Source of the DNA: an archaeon
GTDB taxonomy: Archaea > Iainarchaeota > Iainarchaeia > Iainarchaeales > DTGL01
Length of the DNA stretch: 64,000 nucleotides
Assembly: GCA_029258755.1 (NCBI GenBank)
Contig: JAPDKC010000020.1
Span: 532 to 64,531, forward strand
Direction of reading: 5' to 3'
Numbering within the stretch: the stretch's first letter is position 1; every line of letters starts with the position of its first letter. A model generated the notes under the pieces. That model searched no databases and was not told the DNA's origin. It was given only the letters and a program-made list of their open reading frames with translations. The position numbers and the translations under genes were made by a program. Shown in pieces: positions 53,867-62,403 of the stretch.

Positions 53867-54754
53867 TTAAGGGTAGATGCCTTCATAAAGCTCCTTTCTG
53901 TGTGCTTCTAGCATTTCTATCGGCTTGTTTGCGAGCTCTGCTGCAGTAATTAATTTTACTCCGCAGTTTTCAGCTTCTTCAAAGACGCTAGCAATTCTTT
54001 CTTTCCATTGAAGATCCCTTAAAAAGTGATGGTCCACAACTAGAGTTTTTAAAGAATCCATGCTCACAATCTTTAGCATATTTTCTATTGCAAGTTCTAA
54101 GCTTTTATGGCTATATCTGTAGCCAAGCATATAAGAAAGCGGACCATCGAGTATCACTAAGTTTGGTTCGTTCTGCAGAATAAATTCAGCTTGCTCCGCT
54201 GTGCTTGGGCCTTCAACATCGCTTGTATGGACAAGCTTGTAGCCGTCATCTATCAAAACCTCGGTTACATAGCCAAGCTTTGAGTTAGTGCCGTGAAATA
54301 CCGCTTGCGAAAACTTTATCTTCGTGTTTTCGAACACAAACTCTTTGCCATCGGAGTATTCTATTTTTTCTGGAAGATTGGAAAGCTGTTCCAGAAAATA
54401 AGCAGCTCTTCTTTTTTGGCTATAATTTATATTCTCTTTAGGGTGCTTTAAGAATACTATTTTTCCTTTATAAATCTCCAGATTTTCGTTGGGGTTGTGA
54501 TGATCATAGTGATAATGTGTGACTATGAGCACATCCGCTTGCATCGCATGTTTAACTATCGCTTTCCAGTGCTCTTGCGTCCTTTCTATCTCTATCGGAT
54601 GCGGAGCCAAACCATAGCGCAGAGGTCCTAAAGCAACACCAGGATCTATGAATATTTTTACATCCTTAGTTTTCACAAAGGTGGCCATACTTCTTGTTCC
54701 AAGGGAGTCAAAGGCAATAGGCGATATTTTCATTAAAAAGATTAGAAGCGACAC
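53867..54754 (-). CDS. Metallo-beta-lactamase-fold hydrolase
   Basis: 'VLIVTHYHYDHHNP' is the HxHxDH zinc-binding motif. Confidence 0.75.
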   Translation of the reverse strand: MSLLIFLMKISPIAFDSLGTRSMATFVKTKDVKIFIDPGVALGPLRYGLAPHPIEIERTQEHWKAIVKHAMQADVLIVTHYHYDHHNPNENLEIYKGKIVFLKHPKENINYSQKRRAAYFLEQLSNLPEKIEYSDGKEFVFENTKIKFSQAVFHGTNSKLGYVTEVLIDDGYKLVHTSDVEGPSTAEQAEFILQNEPNLVILDGPLSYMLGYRYSHKSLELAIENMLKIVSMDSLKTLVVDHHFLRDLQWKERIASVFEEAENCGVKLITAAELANKPIEMLEAHRKELYEGIYP

Positions 54755-54766
54755 GTTTTTAAGCTT

Positions 54767-55000
54767 TTGTATACAGAAATTGTATACATGAAACGAACTA
54801 CAGTAATTAGTGTCAGGTTACCTGAAGAGATCGCCAAAGAACTTAAAGAAGCAGGTATAGAACCATCTAGAGCAATAAAAAAAGCACTTCGCGAAGTATA
54901 CAGAGACATTCTTCTCCAAAGGTTGAAAAAGCAATCTGCTAAACTTAAAGGAATAACTGATAGAGAGGTTGTAGAGGCCATTAAGGAGGGCAGGGCTTGA
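54767..55000 (+). CDS. vapB: Ribbon-helix-helix (CopG/VapB-like) antitoxin
   Basis: 'TTVISVRLPEEIAKELKE' is an RHH beta-strand plus helix. The stop overlaps the start of the downstream PIN gene (ATGA-type). Confidence 0.6.
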   Translation: MYTEIVYMKRTTVISVRLPEEIAKELKEAGIEPSRAIKKALREVYRDILLQRLKKQSAKLKGITDREVVEAIKEGRA

Positions 55001-55368
55001 TTGTTGATGCAAGTGGTTTTATTAAGGCGATCAAGCTAAGAAAGGTTGAAAAGCTCCATGAGCCAAAGACAACAAAGCTTATTTTCTACGAGCTTGGCAA
55101 TGTACTGTGGAAAGAATCCAGAATTTTTAAAAGATTTTCCTCTGCTGAGGCCCAAGCAATGCTTAAAGATTGGATTCTTTGGATTGAATGCAACTTCGAT
55201 ATATACGAGCCCGATTGGCATGCCACATTAGCTATTGCATTAGAAACTGGTTTAAGTTATTATGATGCTTCTTATCTATGGCTTGCTAAAAAGGTAAATG
55301 AGCCCATAGTAACAGCAGATAAGGACCTAAAAAAACACTGGAAAGCAATTGACTTCAAGAAGCTTTGA
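54997..55368 (+). CDS. vapC: PIN-domain toxin VapC
   Basis: 'MIVDASGFI' and 'IVTADKDL' PIN acidic residues. Length 123 aa. Confidence 0.7.
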   Translation: MIVDASGFIKAIKLRKVEKLHEPKTTKLIFYELGNVLWKESRIFKRFSSAEAQAMLKDWILWIECNFDIYEPDWHATLAIALETGLSYYDASYLWLAKKVNEPIVTADKDLKKHWKAIDFKKL

Positions 55369-55393
55369 TATTAACGAAAGCAACAAGGAGCTG

Positions 55394-55975
55394 TTAGCGG
55401 CTTTTTAGCAGGTTTCCTATGCTTTTCCAATCCTCTTCAATTGTTCTGCGTAGAGCACCGTTGCGCAGAGCAGCGGCAGGATGGTACATGGGAATTATAA
55501 GCACCTTTCCCCAAAATGCTTTTGCTTGCATAGGTTTTGCATGCGCTTCACTTATTTTACCTATTTCAAGCGCAAATTCTTTTTCCACGTATTTCGCGGC
55601 AACACTACCTAAAGGAATTATGAGATTTGGCTTTATTATTGCAAGCTGCTTATCTAAGTAGGGCTTGCATGCTTTTATCTGTTGCAGAGTTGCTTTATTT
55701 TCTGGTAGGTAGCATTTAAGAACGCTTGTTATATAAACTCTTTTGCGCTCTATGCCAGCAAGCTTAAGCAACTTATTTAGAAATTTTCCTGCTGGACCAA
55801 CAAAGGGTTTGCCTTGAATATTTTCTTCTTTTCCAGGGCCCAAACCAATTAGAAATATTTTTGCGTTAATTGGCCCTTCGCCAAAAACCGCTTTGTTGCG
55901 TGTTTTCCAAAGAGAGCATCGCTTGCAGTTTTCCACATTCTCGCGTAAATCTTCAAGTTCAGCTAATTTCGACAT
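55394..55975 (-). CDS. udg: Uracil-DNA glycosylase, family 4 ([4Fe-4S] type)
   Basis: 'CKRCSLWKTRNKAVFGEGPINAKIFLIGLGPGKEE' and 'GKPFVGPAGKFLNKLL'. Confidence 0.85.
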   Translation of the reverse strand: MSKLAELEDLRENVENCKRCSLWKTRNKAVFGEGPINAKIFLIGLGPGKEENIQGKPFVGPAGKFLNKLLKLAGIERKRVYITSVLKCYLPENKATLQQIKACKPYLDKQLAIIKPNLIIPLGSVAAKYVEKEFALEIGKISEAHAKPMQAKAFWGKVLIIPMYHPAAALRNGALRRTIEEDWKSIGNLLKSR

Positions 55976-56038
55976 ACAAAACTGAAATGAAAAATAGTTT
56001 AAATTAATTTTTGCCTTTATATTGCCTTAGGTGATCGG

Positions 56039-56212
56039 TTGACAGCTCTTTCCAGAGAGTTGTTGGAAATACTCGCTTGTCCGAAATGCAAAGGGGAGCT
56101 TGAATATAAAGAAAAAGAGCAGAAACTTATTTGTCACAAATGCAAGCTAGCATACAGAATAGAGGGTGGCATTCCTATAATGCTAATTGAAGAAGCGGAA
56201 AAATTGCATTAG
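56039..56212 (+). CDS. Trm112-like zinc-ribbon protein (DUF343/UPF0434-like)
   Basis: Not in the track. It has a TTG start: '(M)TALSRELLEILACPKCKGELEYKEKEQKLICHKCKLAYRIEGGIPIMLIEEAEKLH*'. This matches the Trm112 pattern 'LL.iLaCP.CKg.L........L.C..C...Y.I.dGIP.ML.dEA'. Confidence 0.5.
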   Translation: MTALSRELLEILACPKCKGELEYKEKEQKLICHKCKLAYRIEGGIPIMLIEEAEKLH

Positions 56213-56439
56213 CTATTTCCTTGTTTTTTCACTTTATGGCGTTGTCTGCCTCTGTAAGCACCCACTTTTGGATAAAAGCTTGGCTGCTTTGTGCGCAATA
56301 CAGCGCTAATGCTGGCGTTTTTTCTTTCTCTAGAAGCGCTGCTCACAGAACCTTTTACAGGCTTCCTTGGCATTATCTCACCCTTAAATTGTTCGCATAC
56401 CCTCTATTTATTTCTTTCTTTTAATTAAAATTATTTTGG

Positions 56440-57225
56440 ATGAAGCTTTGCGAGCTTAGGAAGGAGAGGATTATAACAACAGAACTCAGCTTCTGGCTTA
56501 CCATGCAAGAAATTGAAAAAATAGCAAAATGCGTAGATGCTATAGCAGTTCCAGCACTCAAAAAAACATGCATTAGCTATGATCCGAAGGCAGCATGCCT
56601 TTCTAATGCTGTTGCCTTAAAGCGCAAACACATAGAGCCAATAGTAACTGTTACATGCAGGGATTTTAGGAAAAAAGATGCAAGCTTTTTAGATAAACTT
56701 TTGGCTTACGGAATAAAAAACCTTTTAGTTGTTTATGGCGACAAGCATGCGATTGGCAGAACTTGTTATGGGTTTAAAAGCACAGCTGAGCTAATTAAAT
56801 GGATTAAAAATTATAGTAAAGAGTTCTGCTTTTTAGTTGCATGTGACCCTAATAAAGATGCCGATAAAGAACTCGAAAAAATTTTAGTGAAGGAAAAAGC
56901 TGGCGCAAACATAATTGTTACGCAGCCAATTTTTAATCTCAAGAAAGCAAGAATTTTATTTGAGATGATTTCAAGTGAAACAAACCTGAAAATTATTGCA
57001 GGCTTAGCTTTTCCGAACGTTCCCGAGCAGATAGAATTTTTGAGAAATAGGCTTGCTATAGATGTGCCTGAGCATGTGGTTTCAAAGCTTGCTAAGAAGC
57101 CCACAAAACAGCATATATTAAAATTTGTAGACAAATTGAGCGAGTTGGTAAGCGGTTTCCACATTTATCCCGTGGGAAACAAAGAAAGCTTTATGGAAGC
57201 AATAGAAGCGCTTTCAAAGCACTAG
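56440..57225 (+). CDS. Methylenetetrahydrofolate reductase-like protein (short MetF-type TIM barrel)
   Basis: 'PIVTVTCRDFRKKDASFLDKLLAYGIKNLLVVYGD', 'KEKAGANIIVTQPIFN' and 'SGFHIYPVGNKES' align with the MetF blocks 'PHLTCID..', 'DAGANRAITQFFFD' and 'FHFYTLN'. Confidence 0.55.
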   Translation: MKLCELRKERIITTELSFWLTMQEIEKIAKCVDAIAVPALKKTCISYDPKAACLSNAVALKRKHIEPIVTVTCRDFRKKDASFLDKLLAYGIKNLLVVYGDKHAIGRTCYGFKSTAELIKWIKNYSKEFCFLVACDPNKDADKELEKILVKEKAGANIIVTQPIFNLKKARILFEMISSETNLKIIAGLAFPNVPEQIEFLRNRLAIDVPEHVVSKLAKKPTKQHILKFVDKLSELVSGFHIYPVGNKESFMEAIEALSKH

Positions 57226-57276
57226 CGATTGTAATGATTTTTAAAAATTTCTTATTTTACTTCTTAGCGGGTTTTA

Positions 57277-58185
57277 TTGCTAGCGATAGAGCTTTGTGGA
57301 ATAAAGCTGAAAAACCCTCTGATTCTAGCTTCCGGCGTTTTAGGATTAAATAAAAACAACTTGCTTAGAGCCCAAAAAGGCGGTGCTGGTGCTCTTACTA
57401 TAAAAAGCATTTCTTTGGAAGAACGCTTCGGGCATGAAACGCCAAATGTTGCCTTTTTCGAGGCAGGCATGCTCAATGCGTTTGGTTACTGCAATCCTGG
57501 TTTGGAAGAAGCTTTGCGAGAATTCGCTGATTTGAGCTGTTTTAGCGTTCCGGTTATAGCTAGCTGTACTGCAAGCAATGCTAGCGATTTTGTAAAGCTT
57601 GTAAGTGCATTAGATAAGCTTGATTTTGCAGCAATAGAGCTTCCTTTGTCCTGCCCGCATACTCCCGGCCATGGGTTGCTTGCGGGCCAAGGCACAGTGG
57701 AAGCAACTAAGGAAATAGTAAAGGCCTGCAGGAAGAAAACTAAGAAGCCCCTATGGGTTAAAATTAACGCTAGCTTACCGAACGCTGTTGATATTGCATT
57801 AGCTGCTGAGCAAGCAGGTGCTGATGCAATAACATGCTCAAATACTTTAGGTCCTGGAATGGTGATAAATATAGCTTCTGCTAAGCCTGTGCTAGCTTTC
57901 AAAGTGGGTGGTGTTTCAGGACCAGCGATAAGGCCCATTATTGTAAGAACAATTTACGATCTTTACAAAAGGCTTAAGATTCCAATAATTGCCTTAGGCG
58001 GCGTTCTTAGGGGCGAGCATGCCATAGAGATGCTAATGGCTGGCGCAAGCGCTGTTGGTATAGCAACTGGCATAGCTATAAGAGGTCCTGACATATTCAA
58101 AAAATGTTGCGATGAAATGTCGGAATGGTTGAAAAAGCATGATTACAAAAGCGTAACAGAACTTATAGGTGTCGCGCATGAATGA
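57277..58185 (+). CDS. pyrD: Dihydroorotate dehydrogenase catalytic subunit (class 1B PyrD)
   Basis: 'LAIELCGIKLKNPLILASGVLG' N-terminus and FMN-binding 'ALGGV..G'. Overlaps pyrK by 17 nt. Confidence 0.85.
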   Translation: MLAIELCGIKLKNPLILASGVLGLNKNNLLRAQKGGAGALTIKSISLEERFGHETPNVAFFEAGMLNAFGYCNPGLEEALREFADLSCFSVPVIASCTASNASDFVKLVSALDKLDFAAIELPLSCPHTPGHGLLAGQGTVEATKEIVKACRKKTKKPLWVKINASLPNAVDIALAAEQAGADAITCSNTLGPGMVINIASAKPVLAFKVGGVSGPAIRPIIVRTIYDLYKRLKIPIIALGGVLRGEHAIEMLMAGASAVGIATGIAIRGPDIFKKCCDEMSEWLKKHDYKSVTELIGVAHE

Positions 58186-58981
58186 GTTTGCAAAGCACAT
58201 GATTAAAACAGGCAGAATAACAAAAATAGTGGAAGAGGCCCCCAACATAAAAACGTTTGAGTTAAGCATCGCAATGCATGCTGAACCAGGACAATTTGTG
58301 ATGGCTTTCTTGCCACAGGTTGGCGAAAGACCATTTGCGTTGACGCAAGCAGGTAAAAAGATTGCAATCACAGTAAAGAAGAGAGGGCCATTTACAGAAA
58401 AGCTTTTTTCTCTGAAAGAAGGTTCTTTTTTAGGAATTCGCGGGCCTTATGGAAAGGGTTTCTCTTTACAAAATGTTGGTAAAGCATGCTTAGTTGCAGC
58501 TGGCATTGGGATTGCTGCATTGATCAGGCTTGCAGAAGAGCTTGCAAAAGAAGGGGCTAGCGTAACTCTTATTTTTGCTTGCAAGAGTGCTAACGAAATT
58601 ATTTTCAAGGAAAGATTGGAAAAAGTTGCAAGCTTGCATATAGCAACAGAAGATGGTTCGGCTGGCTTCAAAGGGGATTGTATAGAGCTTTTAGAAAAGG
58701 TTTTAAAAAAGCAAAGTTATGATAAGCTTTACTGCTGCGGTCCTGAAGCCATGATGGTCAGCGTGCTTAAACTGTGCGAAAAGTATGCGATAGATGCGGA
58801 GTTTGCTGTGGAGCGCTATATGAAATGTGCTGTCGGTTTATGCGGACATTGCTGCTTAGATGAATGGCTTGTCTGCACAGATGGTCCTGTTTTTAGCAAA
58901 GAACAACTTTTAGCATCGAAAGAGTTTGGAAGGATTTATTATTCAAAAAGTGGAAAACGCATGCGTTTTGGAGGTGATTAG
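58169..58981 (+). CDS. pyrK: Dihydroorotate dehydrogenase electron-transfer subunit PyrK (FAD/[2Fe-2S])
   Basis: FNR-like fold with C-terminal 'CAVGLCGHCCLDEWLVCTDGPVF' cluster ligands. Confidence 0.85.
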   Translation: MSRMNEFAKHMIKTGRITKIVEEAPNIKTFELSIAMHAEPGQFVMAFLPQVGERPFALTQAGKKIAITVKKRGPFTEKLFSLKEGSFLGIRGPYGKGFSLQNVGKACLVAAGIGIAALIRLAEELAKEGASVTLIFACKSANEIIFKERLEKVASLHIATEDGSAGFKGDCIELLEKVLKKQSYDKLYCCGPEAMMVSVLKLCEKYAIDAEFAVERYMKCAVGLCGHCCLDEWLVCTDGPVFSKEQLLASKEFGRIYYSKSGKRMRFGGD

Positions 58982-59932
58982 ATGAACGCTGAAGAAAAGA
59001 TAGAGGGGGTCATAAAAAAATGCAAGGATATTATGGAAAGAGGAATGGATGAAAAGTTGCAAGAAAGCGAAATAGCTCATGTGCTTGCAACATTTCTCTT
59101 TGAATTCACAAAACTTTTGGGGCAAAAACTTATCGAGGTAAGAAGCTATAAAGAGATAGAAGAGAAAGGCACCTTTAAGTATGCAGGCCAAATAGATACC
59201 TTACATGAAGAAGGCATCTTTCCAGATAGTCTTTTTAAAGAATTTAAGGCATTGGGTTTAAGCAATCACATAGGCCCTTCTTATCTTAGGGTTAAGGGTT
59301 TGCTTACTCACAGTAAGATACGCGGCTTCTTCGCAAGACAATTGTATTTTACGATAGAGCATGCCTTAGATAAACAGGAGCTAAAAGAGGGCTTTATCCT
59401 CTTTTTACCGAATATGACTGGCGGTGCTTGGATAGGCGATGAAACAAGAAGGCATGCTGAAGAACTTTCAAAATATTCAATATGGAAAGCAACGCCTTAT
59501 GTAAGGGGAATGCGAAAAATAACGGAAGTGGTAGCTAAAGAAACAATAACGAACTATATAGAAGGTTTGCTCCCTCCGCCTGAGGAAACCGCCTGCGTAA
59601 TAAACTTCGAGGAGCTCAGAACTACAGCTGAAACCACGCAAAATGCCATACAAATACTCAGAAGCTTTGGCTATAACGAAACTAACGGAGTAAAGCTTAT
59701 GGCAGCGTGCGTTTTTGATTATAGGCACAAAGCTTGCGTAGCAAGGTTTGAAAGACTCGGCATAGAGCCAATATACTTAGTAGATGGGCTTACCTTCTTT
59801 AAGAAAGCAAGGGAGCTGGGCTACATAAATGAAGAACAATATACTACCGTAAGTGAATGGCTTGCAGACCCTTGGAAATTCACGGAAAAGGTTTTACCAG
59901 CAATAAAAGCCCTGGTGAAAAGCGATGGTTGA
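58982..59932 (+). CDS. Protein with a C-terminal PRTase-like domain (possible orotate phosphoribosyltransferase-like) and an N-terminal extension of about 150 aa
   Basis: 'LFLPNMTGGAWIGDETRRH', 'KATPYVRGMRK' and 'ETACVINFEELRTTAETTQNAIQILRSFG' resemble OPRTase/PRTase blocks. It lies between pyrK and a pyrF-like gene. Confidence 0.4.
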   Translation: MNAEEKIEGVIKKCKDIMERGMDEKLQESEIAHVLATFLFEFTKLLGQKLIEVRSYKEIEEKGTFKYAGQIDTLHEEGIFPDSLFKEFKALGLSNHIGPSYLRVKGLLTHSKIRGFFARQLYFTIEHALDKQELKEGFILFLPNMTGGAWIGDETRRHAEELSKYSIWKATPYVRGMRKITEVVAKETITNYIEGLLPPPEETACVINFEELRTTAETTQNAIQILRSFGYNETNGVKLMAACVFDYRHKACVARFERLGIEPIYLVDGLTFFKKARELGYINEEQYTTVSEWLADPWKFTEKVLPAIKALVKSDG

Positions 59933-60629
59933 GAAATATTTTTTAGCATTGGATTTTGACACTGAAAAAATAGAAAGCATAGGCAATAATGCTTTAGATG
60001 TGCTTGAAAATGAATTCGGAAGCGATTTTGTTAGAAGGAAGCTTGGTGTAAAGCTAAATGATTATGCCCTTAGAGGGGATTTTTCCAGTTATGCGGTATT
60101 CAACGAGCGCTGCGAAATATTCGCAGATATAAAAATTTTTCATGGTGCAGGCACAGGATACAAAATTATAGAAGAAGTAACTAAAAGGCTTCCAATAAAC
60201 TATGTTACAGTTTCAAGCTACCTTGGCGAGCGCATCTTAAGCGAATACGTAAAAAGAGCAAACAGGGATGGAATAAAGATAATAGCATTTACTGCTCATA
60301 CAAAGATAGACGCAAGCGAAATAGAAGCAATCCACAATGCAGAGGCAAACGAAGTTATTTATAAGCTGGCAAAAATAGCTTACAATGCTGGCTGTGATGC
60401 TGTTGTTTTAGATGTAAGCGCTCTCAGAGATAAAAGGATAGAAAAGCTACCAATAAAGAAGCTTGTTACTGGAATTAGGATTGAAGCTGATACGAAAGGA
60501 GAGCAAGCAAGGGTAAGCTTTCTTAACGATGTGCTTAAACTAAAGGAGAAAATTCACTATGTGGTTATAAGCAGCAGATATGTACAGAATCCTCGAAAAA
60601 TGGTAGAAATAGTGGGAAAATTGGAATAA
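59925..60629 (+). CDS. Orotidine-5'-phosphate decarboxylase-like protein (PyrF-like)
   Basis: 'YFLALDFDTEKIESIG' and 'IFADIKIFHGAGT' resemble the OMPdecase 'LALD' start and 'DxKxxDIxxT' motif. Length 234 aa. Confidence 0.45.
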   Translation: MVEKYFLALDFDTEKIESIGNNALDVLENEFGSDFVRRKLGVKLNDYALRGDFSSYAVFNERCEIFADIKIFHGAGTGYKIIEEVTKRLPINYVTVSSYLGERILSEYVKRANRDGIKIIAFTAHTKIDASEIEAIHNAEANEVIYKLAKIAYNAGCDAVVLDVSALRDKRIEKLPIKKLVTGIRIEADTKGEQARVSFLNDVLKLKEKIHYVVISSRYVQNPRKMVEIVGKLE

Positions 60630-60648
60630 CCTATTCTTTTAAATTATA

Positions 60649-61074
60649 ATGCCCGCACAAATTATATACTCTTTTTGTTTCATTTTTCTCTTGTGGGGTG
60701 GTATTGTGGCTGAAAAGAACGAATCGAAAGCTCAAGAGGAAAGCTTGCCTTTCCCAAACTCAGTTGTTGTTAGGCTTATGCGCCAGCATTTAGACCCTGG
60801 AAAGCAGATAAAAAAGCGCGTTAAGATCGAGATGAATAGATGGCTAGCGGAAATGCTTGCAAAAGTAACTGAAGAGATGAATAAGCTTCCCTACACTTAT
60901 GTGGATTATGCCATGTTCAAGGAAGCTGTTGCGAAATATACAAAGCTTGAGGAGATTGCTGAAGAACGCGAACGCTTGCTAAAATATATAGAAAAAATAA
61001 AATCTGATTGTGAATTCTTGGAAAATGAGATAAAGAGAAAGTATTCTTTGCCAGAAGATGAGTTTTTAGATTAG
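60649..61074 (+). CDS. Hypothetical membrane-anchored protein
   Basis: N-terminal TM 'IIYSFCFIFLLWGGIVA' followed by a helical domain. Confidence 0.35.
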   Translation: MPAQIIYSFCFIFLLWGGIVAEKNESKAQEESLPFPNSVVVRLMRQHLDPGKQIKKRVKIEMNRWLAEMLAKVTEEMNKLPYTYVDYAMFKEAVAKYTKLEEIAEERERLLKYIEKIKSDCEFLENEIKRKYSLPEDEFLD

Positions 61075-61673
61075 TTTTTTTCCTTAGCTTGTAATATTTG
61101 CCAAACTCTGGCACATATACGGGATTTCTTATTTATCAAAAGGTATGCAAGAAGTTTCGAAAAGTTGTGTGGTTTTCTTTTCTGAGAAGCTTTTTCAAAA
61201 TCGATAATTACAGGCAAGCCATCTCTCACCAAAATGTTTACGCCTCTTCCCGCTAGTTGTCCATGGTCTAAACCAGCGTTATCCAAAGTAATTGCTTGCC
61301 TAAATAATTCAGCCAAAAACCTAATGAGCTCAGCGCGCTTTCTTTTTTCAAACAGCCATTCATTGAAAGTTTTGCCCTCTATATACTCCATTAGTATTAT
61401 TTTCCTTTTTTTATCAAAGCCATAAAGTTTTGGCCCAACATTTAAAGAATTCGCCTTCTTTAGGTTTGCTACCTCCTTTTCTATCATTCCTTCTCTTGTT
61501 GAATCCTTACGCTCAAGTTTTGCCACAAGCTTTTTGTCTCCTTTTCTCACTAAAAATACGAATGAAGAATGGCCTTTTGCGATAAGCTTAACTAGCGTTA
61601 GCTTGTGTTCTTTGAGGAATTCCCTAAGCCTTTTCATCTCTGTTTCATAGGGCATGCGCCTCATTTTAAACAC
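61071..61673 (-). CDS. Atypical small protein kinase (Bud32/RIO-like)
   Basis: Gly-loop-like 'IAKGHSSFVF', 'VAKLER' lysine, 'LDHGQLAGRGVNILV' catalytic-loop analogue and 'VIIDFEKA' (DFG-like). Length 200 aa. Confidence 0.55.
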   Translation of the reverse strand: MFKMRRMPYETEMKRLREFLKEHKLTLVKLIAKGHSSFVFLVRKGDKKLVAKLERKDSTREGMIEKEVANLKKANSLNVGPKLYGFDKKRKIILMEYIEGKTFNEWLFEKRKRAELIRFLAELFRQAITLDNAGLDHGQLAGRGVNILVRDGLPVIIDFEKASQKRKPHNFSKLLAYLLINKKSRICARVWQILQAKEKN

Positions 61674-62253
61674 TTACACCTAGTTCTCGTAAAAATAGAA
61701 CAAGCTCATTGGTAGGCAAACCTGTGTAAAAAGCTGTGCTCCCGCAAATCTCTTCGGCATACATAAGCACAAAGTTTCCATCAAATGCTCCAGAAAAATT
61801 GAGCACAGGGTATTTTTGCACATACCTGTTGATCTCTTCCTCTTCGAGTTTCCTAAACTTTACATCGCACTTCTTTACTGTTGATAAAAGTTTTCCAGAG
61901 CTTGAATCCATAACTGCAAGTGCAGCGATTATAGTAACGGTGTTTCCCGAAAATTCTTTTAGCATCTCTTTTGCTTCTTCAATGCTTTCTGGCTTTTCAT
62001 AAAGCTTTCCGTCAAACACTACAACGAGATCAGCTGCAATAATTATAGCATCGTTTAGCTTTTTGCCTATTTCTTTGGCCTTCATCACAGCAAGCTTTTC
62101 AGCCCTTTTTTCAGGATCCTTTTCTTTTAGCTTCTTTTCATCAATGTCTGCCGGCATTACTTCAAATTTAAGCCCTAAGAGCTCTAGCGTCCTTCTTCTG
62201 GAGCTTGAGCGCGAAGCTAGCACAATCTTTCTTTCACTCATCAGTGAGAACAC
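61666..62253 (-). CDS. maf: Maf-family nucleoside triphosphate pyrophosphatase
   Basis: 'IVLASRSSSRRRTLELLGLKFEVMPADIDE' Maf N-terminal motif. Length 195 aa. Confidence 0.8.
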   Translation of the reverse strand: MFSLMSERKIVLASRSSSRRRTLELLGLKFEVMPADIDEKKLKEKDPEKRAEKLAVMKAKEIGKKLNDAIIIAADLVVVFDGKLYEKPESIEEAKEMLKEFSGNTVTIIAALAVMDSSSGKLLSTVKKCDVKFRKLEEEEINRYVQKYPVLNFSGAFDGNFVLMYAEEICGSTAFYTGLPTNELVLFLRELGVSV

Positions 62254-62348
62254 CTCTTAGCCAAAAAGTGAAATTTGCCAAAAATTGGCAAAGTTTTTTT
62301 AAAACTTTCAGCCTTACTTAATATCATAAATAACTTATTTTAACAATG

Positions 62349-62357
62349 TTTAAAAAT
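62349..62357 (+). promoter_or_regulatory. TATA-box-like element upstream of the thermosome gene; an SD-like 'ggaggtga' lies at 62391-62398
   Basis: 'tttaaaaat' sits about 55 nt upstream of the ATG. A strong purine-rich RBS is located 5 nt before the start. Confidence 0.3.
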
Positions 62358-62403
62358 GCTGGAGATATAAGAAGGTTGCCTATGGAATTTGGAGGTGAAT
62401 TAA

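Noticed and set aside
56221-56424. 67-aa ORF between the Trm112-like gene and the MTHFR-like gene
   Set aside because: It has no RBS or motifs and probably lies in the promoter region of the downstream gene.
60649-61074. Possible histone-fold similarity in 'VVRLMRQHLDPGKQIKKRVKIEMNRWLAEMLAKVTEEMNKL'
   Set aside because: The helix pattern is only suggestive, and the N-terminal TM segment is atypical for histones. The evidence is insufficient, so it is left as hypothetical.
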